The notes under the pieces are model-generated. The model searched no databases. It saw nothing but the letters and a program-made list of their open reading frames with translations, and had not been told where the DNA came from. From contig JARQWU010000065.1 in NCBI GenBank assembly GCA_040182905.1, positions 1 to 41,735 of the forward strand: a DNA stretch of 41,735 nt. The letters are read 5' to 3'. Both the position numbers and the translations under genes were made by a program. Below, piece after piece: positions 10,172-21,200 of the stretch (positions are counted from its first letter, which is position 1; the number at the start of each line of letters is the position of its first letter). The stretch is from Barthelona sp. PAP020. Lineage: Eukaryota.

Positions 10172-10219
10172 ACACAAATATTGAAAAAAAAAAAATATTT
10201 TTTTTTTTTTTTCTATTGA
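10172..10219. promoter_or_regulatory. Putative 48-bp bidirectional promoter (A12-TA-T15)
   Basis: Only 48 nt between the divergent start codons of RPB6 and the 10220 gene; filled by an inverted homopolymer pair. Confidence 0.55.
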
Positions 10220-10819
10220 ATGACACTCGAAACAACAATACCATTTTCTGTTTTCAGATTCAGAAAATTTATTTTAATTTTCTTGTGGTTGATATTTGAA
10301 TCAATTTTCAACAGTTTCATTCATTACTTTTTTATTGACAGATATATTTCTAAATTTGAAAAAGCCAAAAAGAAATTAAATGACAGCAATTCTGAACAAA
10401 ACCAAGAGCTGATAATTGAGGAGGAAGAAGATGAGATGTTTGATGATGTCATCGTTGAAGAAACTAATTCAACTGTGAGTATTTCTCCCATTATAAAAGA
10501 CAAAAGCAAACCTTTCAATAGCATTTCTTTAGGTAAAAGAAAGATTTATGTTGCCCTTACTTGCTTTTCATTGCGTTTTATTGATGTAATTTTTTTGAGA
10601 AGCATTGGAGTTTACAAGCACAAAATATTTGCCACCTATGAATTAGTTGATCTCAGTGTGAAATTCCCGTTAAAATTTTTTACATATGATCATTTGTTGA
10701 CTTTGTTAAGAGATGGATTTGGTCCTATTTTTTGTCCCGCAATATGTGTGGGAACTCAAATGGCATTGCTTTTTGATGGTGTGAAAATTCTTGTTCGCTC
10801 AATTTTGGTGGAATTATAA
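10220..10819 (+). CDS. Hypothetical membrane protein
   Basis: 199-aa ATG-initiated ORF with hydrophobic N-terminal segment, acidic linker and hydrophobic C-terminus; followed by TGTAAA at 10842. Confidence 0.7.
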   Translation: MTLETTIPFSVFRFRKFILIFLWLIFESIFNSFIHYFFIDRYISKFEKAKKKLNDSNSEQNQELIIEEEEDEMFDDVIVEETNSTVSISPIIKDKSKPFNSISLGKRKIYVALTCFSLRFIDVIFLRSIGVYKHKIFATYELVDLSVKFPLKFFTYDHLLTLLRDGFGPIFCPAICVGTQMALLFDGVKILVRSILVEL

Positions 10820-10997
10820 TTTGATTGTTTTTGTTGATACATGTAAACAACTTTTCAGTTTTTTTTTTTGAACTCAATTAATTTTCAAATTGATTAAGAA
10901 AATTCAATAAAAGCATGTCTTCTCAGGTGTTAACTGACCAACAAGTTTGATAAAGGAAGTTACAATTCCAAGACACTTTCCCTTTTTTTTTTTTCCA

Positions 10998-12063
10998 ATG
11001 GATTCTTTAACATTGCTCATAATTATTGGGGCAGTATTCCTTGTACTATTATTCTTCTTGTCAAAATCCATCGTAGTTGTATATTTATTCAATAATATTA
11101 AAATGTCTAATTTTTTAGGTACATCAAGCTGAAGCTATGATTATTGAACGTTTTGGGAAGTTCCAAAAAGTTTTAGATTCGGGAATTAATTTTATTGTTC
11201 CATTTTTTGATTCACCTCGTTCTACCACATGGACTGATACCGGTTTCACTCCTGGTGGTCATATTAACGAAAAAACTTATTCCACTGCACGTGTTGATTT
11301 GCGTGAAAAGATTTTTGGTTTTAAAGCTAATGTGTTTTCCAATGATACTGTACCTTTAGATGTTAAATGTTTGATTTATTATCGTGTAACGGATGTTTAT
11401 GCTGCTGTCTACAATGTTCCTGATTTGTTAGGATCCATTGAATCAACTGCACAATCACAATTGAAAGAATTTTTCGGTACTCTTACCCTTTCAGAAGCTA
11501 TTTGTGGTCAAGATCGTATGGTTAGCTTTGTTATGGATTCTGTTATTAGCACTTTTGAAGAATGGGGAGTTACTGTTCAGAGAATGGAAATTCTTGAAAT
11601 CAAAGTCACTGGTTCTACAGCTGATTCTTTAGAGAATCAAGTTATTGCTGAGAGACAACGTAGAGGTGAGTTTATTGAAGGTGAAGGTGCCAGAACTGCT
11701 GTCAAATTAAAAGCTGAAGGATTTAAGATGAAAACTATTAATATGGGTTTGGCAGAACAAGAATCTGCCCGAAAAATATCTGAAGGTCGTGCCAAAGCCA
11801 AAATTGAAGTTGCTTCCGCTGAAGCCACTGCCTTATCCACATTAAGAGCTGCTGTATTACCTGACGGATTAGATTATACTGATTTTGTGTTAACAAGAAG
11901 GTTGATTACTAGTTTAAAGAATGCAAATGACAAAGCCAAACAAAACTTCATTTTCCCCTTACCTGCAAACGTTTTTTCATTATTGAACACAATTCAAGGC
12001 ACTAATCAAGAGAAGTTTGCTTCTTTCGAAAGAAAAACTGCAGACTTTGGTGAGCTTGATTAA
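10998..12063 (+). CDS. Stomatin/SPFH (band 7) domain membrane protein; exons 10998-11078 and 11119-12063
   Basis: N-terminal TM helix MDSLTLLIIIGAVFLVLLFFLSKSIVV spliced in frame to VHQAEAMIIERFGKF...GINFIVPFFD; VDLRE, WGVTV.R.EI, AERQRR motifs. Confidence 0.92.
11079..11118 (+). other. Spliceosomal intron, 40 nt
   Basis: GTATATT...CTAATTTTTTAG; removal joins TM exon to SPFH domain in frame. Confidence 0.85.
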
Positions 12064-12444
12064 TTCTATCTTTATAATTCAAGTTTTTTTTTTCAAATTG
12101 TGTATAAAATAATAAATAGCATGTTTCTTTATTTTTAATTGGTATTGAAAAATTTTGCTAAAGAGTGTTCACTACTTTAGCCAAATAATAGGTTGGAAAA
12201 TGACAAAATGAAGAGTAACAAAGATTGATTCAATTCTATCACAAAAGGTGAATATTGAAAAGTTAAACGCTGTAAATGAACAATTTCTCTGTGGAGAAAA
12301 AAAAAGATATTTCAAAAAAGTCATCAATTTATGGATAAACTGAACAAAACAAAATGAACAAATACAAATACAAAATGTCAAATTTCTCTCAAGGTTGAAA
12401 GTTCAAAATTTCAATTTCTAAAAAATTTTTATCACTGAAACAAT

Positions 12445-13311
12445 TTATTTCTCTTTATCAACTTCCTTTTGAGAATCGTTTTGATGACTATTGTGATTTG
12501 AAAGAATCAATTCAAATGTATCATTGATCAATTCTTTCACAACACTGTTTGCAACGTCTATATCACGATAATACCCGTTTTTCTTCAAAATCTTAATTAT
12601 GGTATCAGAATGATCAATATTAGAAATACAAGTCACAAAAATAGGATTCAGGTTAAATTTATTCACGTTATCATGATTATTATCCATTAAATACCAACCA
12701 GGATCCAAACACAATAGTCCACTCCAATAATTTTGCACAAAGACTTGAAATTCATCATACTGATCATTTTCTTGCGTTTTTAATTGTTCTATAAAATCAT
12801 CAATATCAATTTCATTCACAACTAAATACAAAAATCCTTTTGTAAACACTTTGTCCGAATTTGTCATTAATTCATGGGTAATTGGAGTCATAAAATTCTG
12901 ATTCATTGTTTTCTTCCAATTAGATAAAAAAGAAGCAATTATTCCTGAATGCTTCATTGAAAATGCAACATCCGGACAAGCAATACAAGTAGCAATTGGA
13001 TCAACATAAATAATTGCACTATAAATATCTTTTAATTCTAAACAGTATATAATATTTAATTCTCTTTGTTTAATTTGATTAAATTTATATCTAATAGAAT
13101 CAACTTCAATGATCAAATCCCAAAATAATAATAATTGATTATACTCATCATCATTCAATTCACAATCATATATTAATACACAATCACAAAGAGAAGAGTG
13201 TAATTTAATTGAATAAACCAATTTCAAACAATCAAACATATATTTAGTATCATGTAATACACTAACTATAGCGTATGAATTTTCATTTTCATTTTCACTA
13301 TTAGAACTCAT
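12445..13311 (-). CDS. Divergent glycosyltransferase family 8 / glycogenin-like protein
   Basis: N-terminus YAIVSVL..TKY...CLKLVYSIK......VLI...L.....L.......IEVD and Y..IIYVD resemble the GT8 fold; DxD not intact. Confidence 0.55.
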   Translation of the reverse strand: MSSNSENENENSYAIVSVLHDTKYMFDCLKLVYSIKLHSSLCDCVLIYDCELNDDEYNQLLLFWDLIIEVDSIRYKFNQIKQRELNIIYCLELKDIYSAIIYVDPIATCIACPDVAFSMKHSGIIASFLSNWKKTMNQNFMTPITHELMTNSDKVFTKGFLYLVVNEIDIDDFIEQLKTQENDQYDEFQVFVQNYWSGLLCLDPGWYLMDNNHDNVNKFNLNPIFVTCISNIDHSDTIIKILKKNGYYRDIDVANSVVKELINDTFELILSNHNSHQNDSQKEVDKEK

Positions 13312-13490
13312 AGAAAGAATAACGAAATATCAAAAAAAAAATCAAAAAAAAAATTAGATTGTTGCAGGTATTTTTTCAACAATATAATCACAAATAATTG
13401 ATATAAAGTATGAAGAATAGAAAAAGAAATGCATATGATGCTATTAATTTACATAAAACAAAAATAACTATTGTTTCCAAAAAAACCCAT

Positions 13491-14078
13491 TTACATTTGA
13501 GAATTATAGAGGTTGAAGAGTTCAGGATCTTTTTTTTGTAACTCAATTTCACGAAGTCTAATTTCTTGAAGGAGTTTTTTCTCATTAAAAGGAAGATTTG
13601 AAGATCTCATCTCAAGTATATACCTTTTTCTATCAGTTATTTCATCTAATATCTGATTTCCAATTGTAATATTCAATTCAGGTTCATTGATTTTTTGAAT
13701 AATTCTCTCTGGTGCGGGTGCAAATAACCCCACATCTTCTTTTGAAGTTTTGTTTATTAATTTATTTTTAACATGCTCTCTATCTTGAGATGGGTGAAAA
13801 GGAACAAATGTGGCTCTTTCTATATTATCTTGGTAATTGTTTGTTTCTAACATTATTTGACTTCTTGATTTAACTTTCGTAAATTTTGGTTGCACATCAA
13901 CTTTTGGGATTAAGTTGTTTCTTATCGTGGTGGGAGGTTTTCGAAAAGCTGGATTATGAACTGGCAGGTGTGAACCATTTGACATCGCTCTATTTAAATT
14001 ATTTTTTTGTGCATTTGTTAGCTTAGAATTCTTTGCTAAGCCATTGATAAAATTAATGGTATCTTCACTATATTTCAT
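13491..14078 (-). CDS. UPF0193/EVG1 (C22orf23)-like protein
   Basis: YSEDT.....LAK.SKLTN.Q......M..G..LP and C-terminal I.DEI.DR..Y..EM.......LLQEI..R..EL; ATG at 14078. Confidence 0.75.
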   Translation of the reverse strand: MKYSEDTINFINGLAKNSKLTNAQKNNLNRAMSNGSHLPVHNPAFRKPPTTIRNNLIPKVDVQPKFTKVKSRSQIMLETNNYQDNIERATFVPFHPSQDREHVKNKLINKTSKEDVGLFAPAPERIIQKINEPELNITIGNQILDEITDRKRYILEMRSSNLPFNEKKLLQEIRLREIELQKKDPELFNLYNSQM

Positions 14079-14137
14079 TGAAAAAATTACAACTGTTCTG
14101 TTTTCACTGATTTTTTTTTTCCTTTCATTAACTTGTA

Positions 14138-14890
14138 ATGGATCCTGAAATCGATTTTCCAAATAATGATGGGTTAACTACTTTGAAAATTAGATTATAT
14201 ACAGGTGAAACAAAGGAATATCGGTTGAACCTATCAGAACATACAATTCAACAGTTATGTGACCAAATTATTTATGATTTTGAATTAGATACTAATCAAG
14301 TTCGACTTTTACATGCAGGAAAAGTTTTAAGTAACACAAGAATTCCCCTCTCACAAGTTACACCAAATATACCTGATGGTTGTACTTTATTAGTATCATA
14401 TCGTCCTCGTTCTTTGGATTCTCAGCAAGAAAGCAGACCAGTTACACCTGTAAATGAACCCCAACAAATCATTGAATCTGGTGAACGTTCTCTTCGTAAC
14501 GCCGGTTTAAATGAAACTGAAATTGCTTTTTGGAGATTGAGATTTTTTGCAAATAGGCAATTAAGAGGACTAAGGTTTCCCAGAACAGAAAGACGTATGA
14601 GAGATGTCGAAAATGATTATCTGGCAAATGTGGGCAATGATCCTGATGAAGGTGATGATAGATTTTTAGCTTTTATGCAACAAAGAACTCAATCAAGGCA
14701 AGTGAGAGGATCATTCTATCATTTTTTAATTGCCACCTTTGCTGGATTTTTGATTGGTCCTTTATGTTTATTGGTATTTTTTGATGCTTCTAGTTTGTTA
14801 TCACAGCAAACTAAAAGTGGTTTGTTGATTGGTGTTGTAATGAGACTTTTGTTATACTTAGTTCGTCGTGTTTTGTCGCCTTCTTCTTGA
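14138..14890 (+). CDS. Dsc3-like protein (ubiquitin-like domain plus C-terminal two-TM DUF2407-type region)
   Basis: UBL (VRLLHAGKVL), L..AGL.E.EI...R..F helix, G....F....GFL.G and GLLIGV TM hairpin. Confidence 0.75.
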   Translation: MDPEIDFPNNDGLTTLKIRLYTGETKEYRLNLSEHTIQQLCDQIIYDFELDTNQVRLLHAGKVLSNTRIPLSQVTPNIPDGCTLLVSYRPRSLDSQQESRPVTPVNEPQQIIESGERSLRNAGLNETEIAFWRLRFFANRQLRGLRFPRTERRMRDVENDYLANVGNDPDEGDDRFLAFMQQRTQSRQVRGSFYHFLIATFAGFLIGPLCLLVFFDASSLLSQQTKSGLLIGVVMRLLLYLVRRVLSPSS

Positions 14891-15273
14891 TAGAAGGAAT
14901 GAATTGTACAAATAATGTAGCCATAAATATTTTTTTGTTTTATTTTGTTGTTCCTTGATAGAATTGTTTTCAATTTCCAAAATTGTCAAACTCAGTTGGT
15001 TAATAATCAAAAGGCTCTGAGGATTTTTTACATTGGTAAAGAATTAACCAAAAATGAAAATAAAAACAAAAGCTATTGATTAAAAAAAAAAATGTATACA
15101 TGCACAACAATTATTGTTTTTTATGAAAAAATAAAGATATCAAAGTGATCAATATTATTCAAATAAAGTTATAAATGGAAGAAAAAAAGTGCTGAAATGA
15201 AAGGAGAAAAGAAAGCAATAAACAACATATCATCCTTATCTTTTTTAATTTTGTATAACATCATTATAATAAT

Positions 15274-18200
15274 ATGTCCATAACTAGCGATTTACAGCAA
15301 TTGGAAGAATTTGTATTTAAAAAAGATAGACAAAGTTTCATTGACAATTTACCTCAAGGAAAAAACAAAGATATTTTTCAATTGTTACAATATCAATTAA
15401 TTAATGAAACTCCAGATGATAAAGAAAAAGAATTGATTGAAAAAATACTTTCTGAAGCTTTTACTCACAGAAATATTTTAACTACTTTACTCAATCGTTT
15501 CAAATTGCGTGCTGATAAAGAAGAAGCTCAAAGATTGGGTTTAGATGATATTAAAGATTTTTTAAATCAATTTACTCAATACCCTCCACCAAAGATTGTT
15601 GACGCTTCTTATTCGACTACAAATGAAATGAAACTTTTAGCTTGTGATGATGTAAACAGTACTTCAAAGACTTCTATTGATAGTGATAAGAAAATTGAAG
15701 TTGGAAAATATGATAATCAAAAACTGATTGATTTTTTATCTTTGGATAAAATGATTGAAAAATTGGTTAAAAGTGGCGAAATTCCATCTGATTTAGCAGT
15801 GTTAAAGATATTAGAGCTCAACCCTGAAAATGTTCACATTGACATTTTAAAATCCATTGTTGGAGATCAAAGATTTATAAATCATGCAAATTATGATGCA
15901 TTTTTGAAATGTTACATCACGAAAACTCAAGATATTGATATTATTTTCAGATTACCATTATCAATTGCCTTTGATAGTGTTGATTTAGCGTTTTTAGAAG
16001 AGCATCAAGTGGCTCAATTATTGATGAAAGTTTTGAAGAATGAAGTTTTTGAAAAATTCGGAGATACTGCGTCATGGAAATTAAATGATTTGAGATCTGA
16101 TCAGGCATCTATTTTTTGTCAAATTTTGATTGATTTTTTTGATAATTATGTGGAGAATTATGAATTTTTGAAGGTTATTCGCAAAGTGATTTATTTACAT
16201 TACGTGTTTCCTTTTCATTCATTTTTAAGTTATGACATATTGAAAAAAGTGGCTTTTGACACTTTTGAAATTACCAACGATAAAGAAATATTGTCAAAGA
16301 ACACTATTGAAAGCATTCTTGGAATTGGGACATCATTACCTTGTTTCAATTATGAAATATTTTATCATTTATTCATGAGATTGAATTCTTTAGAAGAAAT
16401 GAAGGCGTTATATGAAGAAATTGAGAAGAGTATTTTAACCGTGAAAAAAATCAATTATCATGTTGTTGAAGCTTGTAATCATAAAGCTTTTGAAGTGAAA
16501 AATATTGATTGGATGTGTAAAGAGGATTGTTTGAGAACTGTTGATAAAAAATTTCAAGTATTACCAAATATTGTTAAAGATAAAGTCCAACATATTGTTT
16601 TACATTGCTATGGTATTGAAGAAGTAACTGTTCGACATTATACAGTTGATTTGATTCAAAAATTAAGAAACGATGTCAATCAATTGAGTTTTGATGGTTT
16701 AACCCCATTAAACGTTAAAAAACATCAATTTGAAACAGTTAACAAGCTCCAAATATTTGAATTTTTTGATGAAGTTTTTGATATTGAAGTTGAAGATGGA
16801 TTGCATATTTTCGAGTTTAGTTTTGAAAAAGAAAAACAGTTTAATACTCGTGTGATGATGATTAAAGGATTTGGAACTCCTGTGATTAAACCTTCTTCAA
16901 AAGGAATGTATTGTCATTTATTAAATGAAAATAATGATTCTATACCTTTTAAAATGTATTTAGATGATAAATTATTGATTTCTGATGATGATAATTGCGT
17001 TTTATTACCTATTTTATCGTCTTCATCTAAGAGTGAAAGTCGTGCTGTATTTATCAATGGAAAGTATGCTGTTGAACAGAAATTTGAACGTTTAAAATTC
17101 ACACCCAATGTTAATTTGGAATATTTCGTTACTAAAGAACAATTTAAAGCTGAAGAAATTACGGAAATTCCCATATTGATGAATGTTGAACTGATGTATC
17201 AAAATACTTTAATTCCTCTGAGTTTCAAAGTTTTTAAGAATTTAAGAAGTTCTGTCAGTTATTTTGATAAGGATGGAATATCTTTAAGTTGTCAAACTTT
17301 CAAATTTGAGGATAACAGTTATGGTATGGATTCTCCACCCATTATGAAGGTTAGATCATCCAGTAATTTTAGCAAGATTGTGATTACATCAAATTATGAT
17401 GTAAGTGATGGAAGTGGTGGCTTGGAAAGTTATAATTATGAAAAAGTTTATAATTTTGATCATTGTATTACAAAACAAAGCAGCAGAACATTGATTTCTC
17501 ATGAAATGATGAAGGATGTAGTTAAAATTCAAGTTTTGAATTTAGCCAGCAGACCTATTTCAAATGCTAAGCTGAATATTGTTGCAAAAAGTTCTTTTGG
17601 AGAAAAAAGTATGGATGTGGACACAAATGATGAAGGCATCTATTATTTACCTAGATTAGTGCATATAGAGAGTTATGTTGTAAGTTTTAATGAATCAAAT
17701 GTTGGAATGATTAGTTTGAACATCCCTAATTCACTAAGCAGCGATTGTCAAAAACAACATGGGTTATATTTGACTGATCTTCCCATTAAATTAGAAGATT
17801 TAACACATGAACCATTGTATTATAGTTTGATTGATAGGTTTACCAAAGAAATTGTTCCAATTAGATTCGACAATGATTTGAAAGCATTCGTTTTGGCCAA
17901 TGATAATAAAGTTAAGGATGAAAAGAAATCTTTAAGAAATGGTCAATATTTCTTGTACTTTATGAAGATTGGTGAAAGCAATTTAACTCATATGCTTGTT
18001 TATATTGGAGATTATGAAGTGAAATTGAAAAACACTGTCATGTTAACATTTAACAAGGAATTACCTTCTTCTCAGTTAAGTGAATACTCAAATTCTAAAC
18101 AAATCGCTTTAATTAATGAGTATATTGAGAATGATGAAATTGTTTTTCAATTTAACAAAGTGTCTAAGAATTCAACATGTCATTGTATTTTGAGTTATGA

Positions 18201-21200
18201 ACCTTTTCACAAGACACAATTTCCTTCATTATTTGAAAAGAAACAACATTTTAGTTTGAATATTAGAAGTAAATTAGATATTATTCAACAAAGATTACAA
18301 TATTCTGATGAATATGATTACGTACAAGTAAGAAAGAATACAAAACATCGTTTAGGATGTTCTTTAATCAAACCTACGTTATTAGCCGCCCCAAAAATGA
18401 TTGGTAATGCATCGAATAATGCGATAAAGTTAAGTTCTGAGGAACAATTATTTGAAGCTCAATTTAGAAGTGATCAACCATCATATGATTTGTATGGATC
18501 ATCAGATGCACCTGCACCTATGTATGCACAAAGGAAAAAAAGATCTAGAGGAGGAAAAGATGTGAAATTTTCTCGAAATGGTACGCCATTTGATTCTCTT
18601 TACTATTTAAACAATAGTGCTAGTATCCTGACCAATATTAAAATTGAAGAAAATGGTATTGTAAGAATTCCCATCGAAGCATTCAAAGATTATCATCAAT
18701 TTATAAATCTCGTTGTAGTAGATTACAGTGCCAGATTGCAGTTTAACTCATGCAAACCAATAGCTACGGTATTCAATGAGGAAGCGTTGTTTAAAGATTA
18801 TTCACTAAAAGAACGATTTTCTGCTAAACATTTGATTGATAACAAATTAGTTTGTACTGAAAATTTTGAACAATTCAATCAAAAGAGAGTGTATTTTGAT
18901 TTGGAGGACACTTTTGATTTAATGATCAATTTATGTGGAAAGTTTAATCAAAAGTATGATTTCTTAAAAGTTTGGAACAAAACTTTAGAGAAGGAAAAAT
19001 TGAAATTATTTTCGAAGCATTATTGCACAGAAGTTGCTTTTTTTATTCATCAACAGGATAAGGAGTTCTTCCTTAAATATTGTAGACCCTATATGCTGAA
19101 TAAAATGCATCTAACTCCATTAGAAGAGATTTTGTTGTATCCCAATGACCAACGTTTAATGAAATATTTGAAACCTGCTGCTTTTAAACAACTTTGTTTG
19201 GTGTCTAAAATTTTGATCTTGTTCATGTTTGACAATTCGAAATTAAAACAATATGTTGATGCTTTAGAGTTAGAATTGGAAAATAAAGCAAATCCAGAAC
19301 TTTTACAGAAGTTATTCATGACCGCTTTAAATTCCAAACCCTTAAAAATTGATGAAACTATGGTTCATCAAAAAGATAAAAGCAGAGCCCGAAAACCAGC
19401 TATGCCTACCCACTTTTTACCCAGTTCAAATATGATGGGCATGCCTCCTGGTGGTCCTTCTGGTGGAATGAGAGCTTTTGCAGGTTTGTCAATGGTTGCA
19501 CCGTTAAAGTCCATGGACATGGACATGGACATTGCAAATGAATGTAGTAAACAGTCTTTCGCTTTTTCTAAGAAGAAAAAATCATCACGTCGTATGGCTA
19601 TGAAAAAAGATAGAGTTGATGAGTGTGAGAGGGCGTGTATGAAAGAAGAAATGTTAATGGATGCTTTGGAAGAAGAGATGGATGATGATTTTGACTTTGC
19701 TCCACCAGTTGTTGAAAGAGATTTTACACCTGCTCCTGCAACAAAGATTTATCGTGAAACAGGATTTATTGACCATGATTTAAGTGCATCAAATGAGGGA
19801 TTAGTTGCTGAGAATCTATTCTGGATCTCATGGGCTAGATTTTTGGTGGATCAAGATAATTCTACCACTGATTATCGTTTTTCAACAAAGAATATACTTC
19901 ATCTGATGTTAAACTTTTCCATGACCCAGTTTATCCTCGGTATGAGTTTGATTTCTGGTACACACGCTTTTTGTAGAGATACTCTGGAGGTTGATGCCAT
20001 TGATGAATCTCCTTTCATGGTAAACGTCAGTATTTATGATCAATATAATGAACCAATGGATCGGGAACTTTTAGTTGGAAATGTTTATGAGGTCAGATAC
20101 ACTGTGGTTAACTTAAATGACAAGAAGTATAACATTGATACTCTTGTTCAAATTCCACGTGGATGTATCCCGATTGATTCATCATTTACGAACGAAACAT
20201 TTGCTGACATTCTGAACCCATGTCCTCGGTTGGTAAGAGGAAAATATTCCTTCTTGACTGTTTTACCTGGTAAAAATATTGAATTGTTTTCTCCTCACGT
20301 CAGTAGTGATGGTATTTTCCTTGGTTGTGGTTCTGATATTTTCATTGATATTGTCACTCAATTCTCCAAGCCTATATCTGAATTATCCGAGTCATTTGTA
20401 GCATTAAACAGTACAGATGCTGAAGTATTGGAGTATTTGAATGCTAAAGCTGTATCTCCTAAATTCTTTGATGAAATAAGTGATAGATTCCACAACCTTT
20501 CATTCTTCACTGAAATTATTCCATTCATTGAAAAATATAATATTGTTTCCAAAGTTGTTTTACAATTCTTTATTTATCACCAAATTGAAGAAAATTACAG
20601 TAAATTCATCAATTTGAATGATGTACAGTTGAATATTGGCTCTTATTTTGTTTTTGAAGAGAGAAATATTTTAAAGATGAATACACCACAACACAAAGAA
20701 TTTAATCCTTATATTACAAGTCGTATCTGTAAAATTGGAGATAAATTCCAGAGTCCTGATGTGGAAAGAGCTTATATTCAACTTTTACAGTACATGACAT
20801 GGTTACCTAAGCCTTATCCAATTGATGTCGTGCATAGATTAACCTACTTCTTAATCTTATTGGATCGTATTGAAGATGCTTATAATTTTTTCATTGAACA
20901 CAAGACTGTTGTTATGGATAATGAGGAACTGTTGGTCAACGATTATATTGATGCATATTTAGGAATGTGCTTGGGTGACTTAATGACGGTTAAAGCAGTC
21001 GTCACCAAATATGCAACTAGGAAATTTGGTAGCAACCGTTGGATTAGACGTTTCAATGATTTGAAGGAACAGTATGATCAGGCAAAAGAAGATTTAACCA
21101 CTGATGACCAAATGATTGAAAATCCTGATGTTGAAATGATTGACGATGATTTTGATGCAGATTTCAATCTTAAAAAACTTCAAAAAGATTCAACAGAGAA

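Noticed and set aside
13491..14162. Apparent overlap between the EVG1 and Dsc3 ORFs
   Set aside because: The ORF-track start is non-ATG; using ATG 14078 leaves a 59-bp gap
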